Below, piece by piece: positions 8,721-17,562 of a stretch of 64,000 nt of DNA. The notes beneath the pieces are model-generated. The model made no database searches. It was not told where the DNA came from and saw only the letters and a list, made by a program, of their open reading frames with translations. The translations under genes and the position numbers were made by a program. The stretch lies in assembly GCA_043810865.1 (NCBI GenBank), contig JBDRNS010000020.1:17828-81827 (forward strand), written 5' to 3'. This stretch comes from an archaeon. Its GTDB lineage: Archaea; Nanobdellota; Nanobdellia; Pacearchaeales; GW2011-AR1. The first letter of the stretch is position 1. Each line of letters starts with the position of its first letter.

Positions 8721-9620
8721 ATGAAAAAAGAATCTCAAACACACGTCTCCATGAAGAAGGTTGAAACAGTGAAAGAATTGTCTGAATTGATAAAGAATAA
8801 GAAAACGATTCTTATTGCGTCTGTAAAAAACCTTCCGTCTTCGCAGTTTCAGGAAATTGTGAAAAAGTTAAGAGGAAGGGCTGTAATCAAACTTCCGAGA
8901 AAAAGTTTAATGATTCGGGCAATTGACAAATCAGAAAATGAAGAACTGAAAAAAATAGAAAATTATCTTTATGAAAGCACTGTAATATTATTTTCTGATT
9001 TGGACAGCTTTGAACTTGCATCGGAATTAATTGACAACAAAAGCCCGATAAAAGCGAAAGCAGGGCAGGAGGCGGTTGAGGATATCAGCATCGAGGAAGG
9101 GCCGACTGACCTGGTTCCAGGGCCTGCAATATCCGAGTTGGGAGCATTGGGGATTCAGATTCAAATAGAAAAAGGAAAAATAAATATAAAAGAGCCGAAA
9201 GTAATTGTCAAAAAGGGAGAGAACATTTCTGCCAATGCTGCAAACATTCTTTCTAAACTTGATGTAAAGCCGTTTTCAGTTGGATTTGTTCCGATTTCTG
9301 CATTTGACATGAAAGAAAGAAAATTATATTCAAACATAAACATAGACAAGAAAGGAATTCTTGAAGAACTGAAGAAGTCCTTCGGCAAGGCGCTTGCGTT
9401 TGCCGTCGAAATTGGAAATGCAAACAGCGAAACAATAAAGTTCATTTTGCTGAAAGCGAAAGTGCATGAAGATGCATTGAGCAAGCTGATTAAGTCCGAA
9501 GAAATTAGCGAAGAAAAATCAGAAGATAAAACAGAAAATATTGAGACGAAAGACGAAACAAATGAGCCCATGAAAGAAGAAAGTCAAACTCCTGAAATAA
9601 ATTCCGGAGAGGAAAAATAA
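8721..9620 (+). CDS. rpl10: 50S ribosomal protein L10 / acidic protein P0
   Basis: Operon position is L1-L10-L12. The protein has an L10-like N-terminus and an acidic, E/K-rich C-terminal tail. Confidence 0.85.
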   Translation: MKKESQTHVSMKKVETVKELSELIKNKKTILIASVKNLPSSQFQEIVKKLRGRAVIKLPRKSLMIRAIDKSENEELKKIENYLYESTVILFSDLDSFELASELIDNKSPIKAKAGQEAVEDISIEEGPTDLVPGPAISELGALGIQIQIEKGKINIKEPKVIVKKGENISANAANILSKLDVKPFSVGFVPISAFDMKERKLYSNINIDKKGILEELKKSFGKALAFAVEIGNANSETIKFILLKAKVHEDALSKLIKSEEISEEKSEDKTENIETKDETNEPMKEESQTPEINSGEEK

Positions 9621-9914
9621 ATGGAATATGTGTATGCGGCACTTTTGTTGCACAAACTTGGAAAAGAAGTAAATGAAGAAAGTTTGAAAAGTGTTGTTGC
9701 AGCTGCAGGCGGCGAAATTGACGAGGGAAAAATCAAATCGCTTACTGCAAGTTTGAAAGGCGTTGATATCGACAAGGAACTTGAAAGCGCTAGTTTGGTT
9801 TCCGCTGCTCCAGCCGCGCAAAGCGGACACGGAGAGCATGAAAAGAAAGAGGAGAAACCAAAGGAAGAAAAGAAAGAAGCTGCAGCAGAAGGATTGTCTG
9901 CGTTGTTTGGTTAA
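9621..9914 (+). CDS. rpl12: 50S ribosomal protein L12 / P1
   Basis: [20 protein letters not shown] at the N-terminus, then an Ala-rich hinge and the conserved C-terminal EGLSALFG. Confidence 0.9.
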   Translation: MEYVYAALLLHKLGKEVNEESLKSVVAAAGGEIDEGKIKSLTASLKGVDIDKELESASLVSAAPAAQSGHGEHEKKEEKPKEEKKEAAAEGLSALFG

Positions 9915-9963
9915 GAAATTATTTAAAGCAGGCAATCCACTTTTCTAGTAACAACTTTATAAA

Positions 9964-10110
9964 ATGGAAAAGAAAAATATCGCAGGACTTTTTTCAATAA
10001 TATCTTTTGCAGGAGTTTTGTTCACGCCTTCTGATTCAAATATCTGGATAATTTTTTTAATTCTCGGAGTTCTTTTTGGGGTTGTTTGGTTTATGGGGAA
10101 CAGGCAATAA
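9964..10110 (+). CDS. Possible small membrane protein (48 aa)
   Basis: Absent from the ORF track. MEKKNIAGLFSIISFAGVLFTPSDSNIWIIFLILGVLFGVVWFMGNRQ has two predicted hydrophobic helices. Confidence 0.3.
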   Translation: MEKKNIAGLFSIISFAGVLFTPSDSNIWIIFLILGVLFGVVWFMGNRQ

Positions 10111-10112
10111 GT

Positions 10113-10120
10113 AATTTATA
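10113..10120 (+). promoter_or_regulatory. Putative TATA box for tRNA-Thr
   Basis: AATTTATA is centred about 27 nt upstream of tRNA position 1, which suggests a near-leaderless tRNA transcript. Confidence 0.35.
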
Positions 10121-10143
10121 CTCTAATTTTTTAGTAAAATTAT

Positions 10144-10215
10144 GCCTCAGTAGCTCAGCGGTAGAGCAATTGATTCGTAATCAATAGGTCGCAGGTTCAA
10201 ATCCTGTCTGAGGCT
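10144..10215 (+). tRNA. tRNA-Thr (anticodon CGU)
   Basis: Hand-folded cloverleaf. Acceptor GCCTCAG/CTGAGGC, D arm GCTC-AGCGGTA-GAGC, anticodon arm ATTGA-TTCGTAA-TCAAT, T arm GCAGG-TTCAAAT-CCTGT. No CCA is encoded. Confidence 0.85.
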
Positions 10216-10230
10216 TTTGAACGAAGTGAG

Positions 10231-10247
10231 AAAGCCGTGGGCTTTTT
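10231..10247 (+). terminator. Hairpin plus T-run downstream of tRNA-Thr
   Basis: AAAGCC-GTG-GGCTTT is followed by TT. Confidence 0.3.
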
Positions 10248-10289
10248 GAGAATATCTCCGGCTTTTGCTAAATAAATCTTAAGATTAAA

Positions 10290-12212
10290 ATGTGGAATTT
10301 ATACAGGCAGAAAAAACTCCTTGAACCCTTGATTTTCTCCAATGGGAAAACACAGGAGGATGTTGTAAAAGAAGTTTTGAATGCGATAAAAAAAGGAGAG
10401 AAAATTATTTTCATACGCGGAATATGCGGAACAGGAAAGAGCGCGATAGCTCTGAATATTGCAAAATCCCTCGGAAAGACATCAATAATCGTGCCCGGAA
10501 AAAATCTGCAAAATCAGTACAAAAAAGATTATGAAACAGACAAGTATCTTCTTAAAAACAACGGGGAGAAATTAAAAATCAGCATAATAACCGGGAGAAA
10601 CAATCACAAATGCAATTTTCTTGAAGACAATGAAACAATACTGCCGAGATTCAGGAGAGAAATAAATTCAAAACTTCTCGACATTTTTGAGCCGCGGGAA
10701 AAACCTAAAATAAAGGACAAGTCCGCAGACAACCAAAGCATTCCGTGCAAAATAGAAATAAAAGAAAGAAACTTCAGGGAAATAAAAGAGCATCTCAAGC
10801 AGAATAAAAACATCAACATAAAAAATATTATTGACATCAAAGACGTGAAAAGAATTCCTCTTGCAAGCGTCTGTCCTTACTGGAGTCCTGTTCTGCCGGA
10901 AAAATATGAACTTAAAAATCTTGAATGCAGAGACAAGAAAACTTATATGGGGCTTAACAACATGAAGTTTGTCATTTATCAAAGAAAGCCGGGATGCAAA
11001 TTTTATGAACAGTTTCATTCATTTGTTGATTCAGACGTTATGGTTTTTAATTCGCTAAAATACAAACTTGAATCGGCACTGAACAGAAAACCTTTAACTG
11101 AGGCGGAAATCATCGACGAATGCGACGAATTTCTTGATAGTTTTTCGAATCAGAGAACCATAAATCTTGACAGATTTCAGAATTCACTGGTTCAAATGAT
11201 TGCAGAAAATGAATTTGCGGAAAAGATTACAGAAGAAATGTTTGAAATCTTGAATCACTTAAGAAAAGACAAGAGAATCGGTGAGGCGATTTATTCCAAC
11301 AGCATCATGCCTCTAAAAAATACAGGGCTTTATGACTTATTCAAAATTTTTCTTAAGTCAGATGACTTTTTGGCGGGAATCGATGAAGAAAGTTATATTT
11401 CTGAAGTTGAAAGGACAATCAGGATGTTTGAAGATTCTTTTGATGATACATATCTGACATTCAACAAAATGGAAAATAACCTGATTGTTAATCTTGTAAC
11501 AACCAATCTTGCAAAAAAATTCAAAGAAATGGTTGACAAAAACAAAGTTATTGTCCTGATGTCGGGAACAATTCATTCAGACAAAGTTTTAAAAGATGTT
11601 TTTGGCCTGGGCAAATTTATTGTAATAGATGCAGAAACAGAACAGCAGGGAAAAATTGATTCTTTCAGAACAGGCATGGAAATTGACTGCAGGTATGAAA
11701 ATTTTTCAAGCGGAAAGCATAGCAGAGGAGATTATCTCAAAGCGCTGGACAAGTGCCTTGTTGTAGCGCGAAAACCTGTGCTGGTTCATGTCAGCGCTTT
11801 TTCTGACTTGCCGACGGAAAATGAAATAAAAGAATTCTCTCTCAAAAATCTTACAAGCAGGGAAAAACTTCGGGAAATGCAGAATGACGACAAATCAAGC
11901 AAATTAATCAGTGAATTTAAAAAAGGGTTGATTGATGTTCTTTTCACGACACGCTGTTCAAGAGGAATTGATTTTCCGGGAGAAGAATGCAACAGCATTG
12001 TTTTCACAAAATATCCAAATCCAAGTCCGGAAGAAAGTTTTTGGAAAATTCTAAAGCAAACAAATCCTGCAGAATACTGGGAATTCTATAAAGACAAAGC
12101 GCGACGCGAACTGCTGCAAAAAATTTACCGCGGATTAAGATTCAAGGAAGACCATGTTTATCTTTTAAGTCCTGATAAAAGAGTGTTGGAGTTTTTTGAA
12201 AGGGAAAAATAA
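10290..12212 (+). CDS. XPD/Rad3-family (DinG-like) SF2 DNA helicase with a putative 4-Cys FeS domain
   Basis: Walker A is GICGTGKS and the Walker B-like motif is IIDECDEF. Four Cys lie between them (NHKCNF, IPCKIE, SVCPYW, PGCKFY). The C-terminal helicase motif is TRCSRGIDFPGEECNSIVF. Confidence 0.65.
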   Translation: MWNLYRQKKLLEPLIFSNGKTQEDVVKEVLNAIKKGEKIIFIRGICGTGKSAIALNIAKSLGKTSIIVPGKNLQNQYKKDYETDKYLLKNNGEKLKISIITGRNNHKCNFLEDNETILPRFRREINSKLLDIFEPREKPKIKDKSADNQSIPCKIEIKERNFREIKEHLKQNKNINIKNIIDIKDVKRIPLASVCPYWSPVLPEKYELKNLECRDKKTYMGLNNMKFVIYQRKPGCKFYEQFHSFVDSDVMVFNSLKYKLESALNRKPLTEAEIIDECDEFLDSFSNQRTINLDRFQNSLVQMIAENEFAEKITEEMFEILNHLRKDKRIGEAIYSNSIMPLKNTGLYDLFKIFLKSDDFLAGIDEESYISEVERTIRMFEDSFDDTYLTFNKMENNLIVNLVTTNLAKKFKEMVDKNKVIVLMSGTIHSDKVLKDVFGLGKFIVIDAETEQQGKIDSFRTGMEIDCRYENFSSGKHSRGDYLKALDKCLVVARKPVLVHVSAFSDLPTENEIKEFSLKNLTSREKLREMQNDDKSSKLISEFKKGLIDVLFTTRCSRGIDFPGEECNSIVFTKYPNPSPEESFWKILKQTNPAEYWEFYKDKARRELLQKIYRGLRFKEDHVYLLSPDKRVLEFFEREK

Positions 12213-12214
12213 AA

Positions 12215-12295
12215 CGCCCCCGCCAGGAATCGAACCTGGAAGCCCTTACGGGCCTGGTTCTCAAGACCAGTGCACTACCATTATGCGACAGAGGC
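12215..12295 (-). tRNA. tRNA-Ser (anticodon UGA) with a long variable arm
   Basis: The minus strand reads GCCTCTG-TC-GCAT-AATGGTA-GTGC-A-CTGGT-CTTGAGA-ACCAG-GCCCGTAAGGGCTT-CCAGG-TTCGATT-CCTGG-CGGGGGC-G. The acceptor stem has two G-U pairs. The 14-nt variable stem-loop fits a class II tRNA. Confidence 0.85.
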
Positions 12296-12369
12296 TTTGC
12301 CGAATCGCACTATTAAAGGGAAGGGTTGATAAGGGTGAACCTTGGTTCCCTTTATTATGCGACAGAGGC
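12296..12369 (-). repeat. Upstream leader with an exact 16-nt copy of the tRNA-Ser 5' end plus a 39-nt hairpin
   Basis: ATTATGCGACAGAGGC at 12354-12369 is identical to 12280-12295. Between the copies is a hairpin with arms AAAGGGAA (12315-12322) and TTCCCTTT (12346-12353), then AATAGTGC, which resembles the D-arm 3' side. Confidence 0.6.
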
Positions 12370-12390
12370 ATAAAAATAATATTCATTAAG

Positions 12391-12400
12391 TAATTTTAAA
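12391..12400 (-). promoter_or_regulatory. Putative TATA box positioned for the upstream tRNA-Ser 5'-end copy
   Basis: The minus strand reads TTTAAAATTA, centred about 27 nt upstream of the duplicated GCCTCTG at 12369. No comparable box precedes the complete tRNA. Confidence 0.3.
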
Positions 12401-12536
12401 GGTTTTGTTATTTCATAATTTGGAACTCGCTATCGCTCGTCCATTGATAATTTAAGCTAAAAGAAATCCTGCTGGTTAACGTTAATCAGTTAATTTTTTT
12501 AGGGGGGCGGGAACAAATTTAATTTAAAAAATAAAA

Positions 12537-12821
12537 TTATTTCATCCAAAAGAAGAAATTTTTCCAGAGTGGTTTTTTAGGGCTTAATTGAAATGGTTTG
12601 TTGTCAGCGTCGTAAATTTCATATTTTATTTTCGGTTTTTCCTTTACTACAGGAGCTCTTGCAGACAATTCCCTGTTCGCCTGTTCAAGTGCTTTTGCAA
12701 TATCTGTTCTTGTATAACCCTGATTTATCAGTGCAAATTTCAAGGATTCGGCAGGATATCCTTTCACCAGATTTTTCTTGAAATAATCAACAAGAGTTCT
12801 GAGATAATTTGTTTCTATCAT
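12537..12821 (-). CDS. Hypothetical small protein (94 aa)
   Basis: Clean ORF. The N-terminal segment looks helical (LVKGYPAESLKFALINQGYTRTDIAKALEQA). No family is assigned. Confidence 0.5.
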   Translation of the reverse strand: MIETNYLRTLVDYFKKNLVKGYPAESLKFALINQGYTRTDIAKALEQANRELSARAPVVKEKPKIKYEIYDADNKPFQLSPKKPLWKNFFFWMK

Positions 12822-12854
12822 GGAATAGAAAGAAAAAAGGAGTTTAAAAAATTA

Positions 12855-14339
12855 TTAGTGATATTTTATCGGTTTTTCTTTTCGGTAATATTTTACTGCC
12901 TGAAGAATTCTTGTTTTTGTCTCCGCATAAATTGTTATCACTTTTTTTCCTTTTTTAATTTCTTCGCCGACGTGATAGTGGAGATATAATCCTGAAAACT
13001 TATCAACAGGGCAACCTGTTATCCTGGCCATGATGCTTATTTTTTTATTGTCAATTTCTTTTATTTTTCCTGTCTTTTTTGCAATAATGCTTCTCCTGAA
13101 TTTTGCATTTCTTAATTTTTTCAAACTTCCGTCCTGTGCCTTCACTATTGCAAGGAATTTTTCAAATGCTTTTCCTGAGTAAAGAATTTTTTTAGCCGTT
13201 TCAATTCCCTTTCCTGATTTTGCCTTGCCAGTCATTTCAAGAATTTCTCCTGCAAGAAACAATGATTTTTTCTCCAAGTCAGAAGGGCCTTTTTCCTTAG
13301 GATTCAGAATTTTTATTATATCTGCAATTTCCAGCGCAGGCCCGACGCCGTTTCCAATCGGCTGGCTCCCATCTGTGAGAACAACTTTTATTTTTTTATG
13401 GAAATATTTCCCGAGCTCTTCAAACTTTCTCTTCAAAACAAGAGCTTTTCTTTTGTCGACTTTCGCTGTTTTTCCGTAGGGAATATCTATGAGTATGTAT
13501 CTGCTTCCGACTGCGAACTTTTTTGCCATGATTGACGCGAGCAGCTGTGATTTCGGATCTATGTTCAGCATTTTTTCAACTTTTATTATTTTTGAGTCGG
13601 CAGGCGTTAAACCAAGAGAGCCGCCCCAAACAATAAATGCTTTTGTCCTGCTAAGAATTTTCCTTAATTCAGCAACATTGAAATCAACTCTTGCAATTGT
13701 CTCCATGACGTCTGCTGTTCCCGCCGCGCTTGTTATTGCCCGCGAGGATGTCTTCGGAAATACAAGTCCTGCAGCAGCGCAAATTGAAACAACTATTGGT
13801 GTCGTCCTGTTCCCTGCAACGCCGCCGACAGAATGCTTGTCAACAGAAAGAGGATTTTTGATTGAAAGGCGATTCCCGTATTTCATTATTGCATTTATAA
13901 GATAAACTGTCTCCTTCAAAGTCATTTTTTTAAGATACATAGCGGAAACAAAAAGCGCAACCTCTGCTTCTGAAAGAGAATTGTTCACAATGTCCCTTAT
14001 TATGCTGTCTATTTCTTTGGCATTCAGGCGTTTGTTGTGCAGTTTTTTCTTGATTAAATTCAAACTTTCAGGAACAGGAGCAATGTTAACGTCGACAATT
14101 TGTCCTCTTTTCAGCCCCATGTGTTTCCTTATTTCTGAGGATACAAGAATTTCGTTTTTTTTCACAGGGCCTTTTTCAATAGTGTCTATGACTGCGGAAC
14201 TTTCTTTGGGATATCTTGAAAGCGTTTTTATAAGAATCATGCCCTGCTCGTGGACGCCCATTTCTATTGCTGTTTCCTTATTCAGCATAGCGACGGAAAG
14301 TCCTGCGGACCAATTCAAGAATTTTACTTTTAATTTCAT
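12855..14339 (-). CDS. deoA: AMP phosphorylase (archaeal DeoA / thymidine phosphorylase family with N-terminal extension)
   Basis: Length is 494 aa. The N-terminal extra domain begins MKLKVKFLNWSAGLSVAMLNKETA. The glycosyl-transferase family 3 core contains DKHSVGGVAGNRTTP, and a C-terminal PYNP domain follows. Confidence 0.8.
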   Translation of the reverse strand: MKLKVKFLNWSAGLSVAMLNKETAIEMGVHEQGMILIKTLSRYPKESSAVIDTIEKGPVKKNEILVSSEIRKHMGLKRGQIVDVNIAPVPESLNLIKKKLHNKRLNAKEIDSIIRDIVNNSLSEAEVALFVSAMYLKKMTLKETVYLINAIMKYGNRLSIKNPLSVDKHSVGGVAGNRTTPIVVSICAAAGLVFPKTSSRAITSAAGTADVMETIARVDFNVAELRKILSRTKAFIVWGGSLGLTPADSKIIKVEKMLNIDPKSQLLASIMAKKFAVGSRYILIDIPYGKTAKVDKRKALVLKRKFEELGKYFHKKIKVVLTDGSQPIGNGVGPALEIADIIKILNPKEKGPSDLEKKSLFLAGEILEMTGKAKSGKGIETAKKILYSGKAFEKFLAIVKAQDGSLKKLRNAKFRRSIIAKKTGKIKEIDNKKISIMARITGCPVDKFSGLYLHYHVGEEIKKGKKVITIYAETKTRILQAVKYYRKEKPIKYH

Positions 14340-14348
14340 GCAACCTCT

Positions 14349-15395
14349 TTATTTTTTTACAAAAATTCCTTCTATCTGTTTTCCCCTGTAAACCTCAACC
14401 ACAATTATTATGTAAGCGATTATCAGCGGGCCGAGGATAAATCCCAAAAACCCAAAGAAAAAAAATCCTCCAATCATGCCGATAAGAGCAAGAAGCGGAT
14501 GCATTTTTGATTTTGCCGAGATTATTATCGGACGAATGACATTATCTATGCTTCCCGCGAACAACCCGAATGCCAAAATCCCGAAGGCAGCGACGGTGTT
14601 ATCCGCAATGAACAGATAAACAATTACGGGAACCCAGACAATTGTTGTTCCTATGAATGTCGGAATTATTCCTGCGATTATTGCAAGCAGAGTTAAAAAC
14701 AAACTGTTTGAAACGCCGAAGATTAAAAATCCAAGTCCGACAATAATTCCCTGCATCGCGCCGATGAAAATGTGCCCGTAGATAACAGAGAGAGTTATGT
14801 CTTTTGACGACTGGAACAATCTTTTTTCAACATCTTTTGAGAAAGGCATGAGGTTGTGAATGCTGTTAAGAATAACTTCCTTGTCTCTTAGAACAAAAAA
14901 CAGAGTGCAGAACACGACGAAGAGCTGAAGAAGAATTGACGGGAATTTTATAATTATCTGGGAGAAATAATTCAGCAGTGAATTGGTTGCTTTTACTATG
15001 AAAGAATTCAGAATTCCGCCGACTTCATTTGAAATTGTGTCTGAAGCCGAGAACAAAGTGAAAACTTTGTTCAAAACAGCGGCGAAATCTATCTGCTGTG
15101 AAACCCTGTATGCTTCCAGCGACTGTTCTATGAATACAGGAGTGAGGAACCAAAGAGGAATCAGAATGCTAAGCAAAAGAAGAGCGCAAACTATTCCTGC
15201 CGCGAGATTTTTGTATTTTACTTTTGAGAGAATTTTATTGTAAGGAATCTCGAAGACAATTGCAAGAATTATTCCCATTATTATCGACAGAAGAATCGGC
15301 TTGAGGATGAAAAACGAGAGGACAAGGAGAACTGCAAGTATGACGCTAACAAAAATCTTCTTGAAAAATTCCTCGTCAACAATCATGCCTGCCAT
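14349..15395 (-). CDS. AI-2E family transporter (PerM/UPF0118 permease)
   Basis: About 8 TM segments. The characteristic C-terminal half includes AIIAGIIPTFIGTTIVWVPV and the PLLALIGMIGG region. Confidence 0.75.
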   Translation of the reverse strand: MAGMIVDEEFFKKIFVSVILAVLLVLSFFILKPILLSIIMGIILAIVFEIPYNKILSKVKYKNLAAGIVCALLLLSILIPLWFLTPVFIEQSLEAYRVSQQIDFAAVLNKVFTLFSASDTISNEVGGILNSFIVKATNSLLNYFSQIIIKFPSILLQLFVVFCTLFFVLRDKEVILNSIHNLMPFSKDVEKRLFQSSKDITLSVIYGHIFIGAMQGIIVGLGFLIFGVSNSLFLTLLAIIAGIIPTFIGTTIVWVPVIVYLFIADNTVAAFGILAFGLFAGSIDNVIRPIIISAKSKMHPLLALIGMIGGFFFFGFLGFILGPLIIAYIIIVVEVYRGKQIEGIFVKK

Positions 15396-15469
15396 TTTTT
15401 TATCACGCAGAATAAATTTATAAATTTATGTAGGGACAAATTTAAAAACAAATTTCCACAATTTAAGAT

Positions 15470-16180
15470 ATGAATTTCATAAAAAAGATTTTCCAGAACA
15501 AAGTTGACGGCAAGGTGCACGCGCAGTTTCAGAAATTCAGCAAGGGCGAGTTCAGGAACAGGGCGATGATAAACGCGAAAGCAACAAAAGACAAATTTAC
15601 GATAAATACGTCAAGCGAATTTGCAGGGGACGTGATAAGGATTGCGGCTGAAAAGTTGGGAAAAAACAAGGCAAAGGTTTCAGGAGCAGTGATATCAACT
15701 TCTGATTTAACAGACAAGATAGATTTCAAAAGCAAAAAGCAGTTTCAGGGCGTGAAGAATTATGCGATTGAAAATGAAATGTCGGGAGACGAGATAATCA
15801 GCTTGCTTGATGAGTTTCCGAAAACATTTTTTGCGTTGAGTTTTGAGGCGCCTGAGATTTCAATTAAGATAAAGCCGAAGGCGCCGATGTCCGGAAAGCC
15901 AAAGCCAGCGAAAGAAGGGGAGAAACAGAAAGTTGATTTTTGCAAGCTTATTACAACAAACAGGGAAATTGCAGACAGTTTTGTTTTTGAAAAGCCAAAT
16001 TGGAAAAATGCAGAGATAAAGCACACTTTTTTGATTGATGAAATTAAAATTCCAAATGAACTGAAAAATGAAAAGGACTTTGCAGTTGTTAGGGAAAAGG
16101 CATTGAGGAAAGGAAAGATAATCCGTGAGGCGATTATTGACGGCGAGAGGATGAAGAGGGAAGTGGGGATGGAGGTTTAG
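15470..16180 (+). CDS. Hypothetical protein (236 aa)
   Basis: Clean ORF, lysine-rich and soluble. No motif is recognised. Confidence 0.5.
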   Translation: MNFIKKIFQNKVDGKVHAQFQKFSKGEFRNRAMINAKATKDKFTINTSSEFAGDVIRIAAEKLGKNKAKVSGAVISTSDLTDKIDFKSKKQFQGVKNYAIENEMSGDEIISLLDEFPKTFFALSFEAPEISIKIKPKAPMSGKPKPAKEGEKQKVDFCKLITTNREIADSFVFEKPNWKNAEIKHTFLIDEIKIPNELKNEKDFAVVREKALRKGKIIREAIIDGERMKREVGMEV

Positions 16181-16317
16181 TGGATAGATTATTCTCACAT
16201 CTATTCTCCTGAGTAATGTTAATACCCATGAGTATTAGAACCTGAAACCAAAATTAAGAACACCCGTATCTTCTTAATATCAGCAAACTTTATAAACTCA
16301 TTTTTATTTCTCTGAAT

Positions 16318-17031
16318 ATGAATATAAAAGAAAATGAAATCAGGGAATTACGCCCACCTTATGCTGGCTCTGGACAGGCCGATGCAGCATTAGAACTATT
16401 CAAAAGACAAGTTCCGAAGAAAATAGACAAAAAATTTGTTATAGCAAATAATCTCGCAACACCCACTAATGCTTTTAGAATAATAGATTTTTATAAATGG
16501 TTAGGTATTACAGATGCGGATGATAATGTTAGAGAAGATGTTGCAAAAAAACTTCGCTTGACTGGTGATGAAAGAGAAAAATACATTAGAGAACTCGTAG
16601 AAGAAGCATATCAAATCTTAATTGAATCTGTTAGTCTTGAGAATGCCAGAAAAGAAGACATAGTAAACGCATTTATCACAAACTATGATTTTACACATAT
16701 ACAAGCAAAATTCGCGGCTGCTCTTTTTATCCATTTATGTCAGAAGTACAGTATTCAAATTTCCGATGAATTGAAAAAAAAGAATTACGTTCCCTCAGAC
16801 AAAGAGAAAAGAAGAAAAATCATCCCACGGAAGAAAATAAAAGATACCTCCTCAAAATTATTTCCTACCCCTCAAGAAAAAATAGATGGAAAAGTTAACC
16901 TTATTATTAGGGGTAATGGGATACATAAGATTTTATCTGCAAATACTCCTGAAGAACTGGATGAAATTTATAAGGGCAAACTGAAAGATGCTGTTGATGC
17001 CGCAAAATTATTATGTTTTGATAAAGATTAA
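16318..17031 (+). CDS. Hypothetical protein (237 aa)
   Basis: Clean ORF flanked by unusually long non-coding spacers (137 and 107 bp). No motif is recognised. Confidence 0.5.
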   Translation: MNIKENEIRELRPPYAGSGQADAALELFKRQVPKKIDKKFVIANNLATPTNAFRIIDFYKWLGITDADDNVREDVAKKLRLTGDEREKYIRELVEEAYQILIESVSLENARKEDIVNAFITNYDFTHIQAKFAAALFIHLCQKYSIQISDELKKKNYVPSDKEKRRKIIPRKKIKDTSSKLFPTPQEKIDGKVNLIIRGNGIHKILSANTPEELDEIYKGKLKDAVDAAKLLCFDKD

Positions 17032-17062
17032 TATTCATATATGAAAGGGAGATGCGCACCAA

Positions 17063-17093
17063 GGGGAACTTGCCTTCCAAGCAAGATTTCCCC
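17063..17093. terminator. GC-rich bulged hairpin in a convergent intergenic spacer
   Basis: GGGGAA-CTTGC-CTTCCAA-GCAAG-(AT)-TTCCCC, flanked by CCAAGG direct repeats. It stands out against AT-rich surroundings and could be a bidirectional terminator or a small RNA. Confidence 0.3.
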
Positions 17094-17138
17094 AAGGACT
17101 TCCTGAAATAAAGTATTTTTATTTCTTAAAACTATCTA

Positions 17139-17537
17139 TTAAGAATAAATTTTCTTTTCAATTTGTTCCTTAATTTTCTCAAATTCAGGTTGTTGTTTCT
17201 TATTAAACATTATTGTATTTTCATCTTGTGTAGCCATTAATATTCCTCTCTTACTTTCTTGCCCACCAATAAAAGAAAATTGAATATATCCATTAGCCAT
17301 CAATCCTGCGGATTTAAATTGAATAGCAGATATATGTTTCAACGCAATTTTTTTATTGCCTTTAAAACCATGTGTAGCAAAGGCCATAAAACCTTTTCTT
17401 ACAATTTCAATAAATCCCTCTCCAAAAATTAATTTACCATTAATTCCTTGCGCTTCCATTAAGAAAACAAAAATATCTTCCACAAAAACCTTTTTAAATT
17501 CACATTTTCTCTCAGTTATATTCCAGGGAAATAACAT
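17139..17537 (-). CDS. Hypothetical protein, possibly a PH-like (bacterial PH/DUF4429-like) fold
   Basis: The pattern G.L.F....IEI.RKG......G...I.L..I.AIQFK.AG...NGYIQF resembles bPH-type domains. The true start is more likely Met27 (17459), because the long form leaves only 25 bp before rpl3. Confidence 0.45.
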   Translation of the reverse strand: MLFPWNITERKCEFKKVFVEDIFVFLMEAQGINGKLIFGEGFIEIVRKGFMAFATHGFKGNKKIALKHISAIQFKSAGLMANGYIQFSFIGGQESKRGILMATQDENTIMFNKKQQPEFEKIKEQIEKKIYS

Positions 17538-17542
17538 AAAAT
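17533..17542 (+). promoter_or_regulatory. Putative TATA box for the L3 operon (near-leaderless)
   Basis: AACATAAAAT is centred about 26 nt upstream of the rpl3 ATG at 17563. Confidence 0.25.
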
Positions 17543-17562
17543 GTTATCCGCATCATTAAGAA

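Noticed and set aside
12215-12369. Interpretation of the tRNA-Ser duplication as a D-loop intron with a bulge-helix-bulge splice motif
   Set aside because: I could not pair the sequences around the two candidate junctions (AAT|AAAGGG and CATAAT|GGTAG) into a 3-4-3 BHB. The downstream copy is already a complete tRNA. I kept it as a leader or duplication finding instead.
12196-12393. 65-aa plus-strand ORF
   Set aside because: It is entirely explained by the antisense of tRNA-Ser and its duplicated leader.
12472-12489. 18-nt near-perfect palindrome CTGGTTAACGTTAATCAG followed by a T-run
   Set aside because: This single occurrence lies in the spacer downstream of 12537-12821 (minus strand) and upstream of the tRNA-Ser leader. 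Nothing supports it as more than a hairpin or protein-site candidate.
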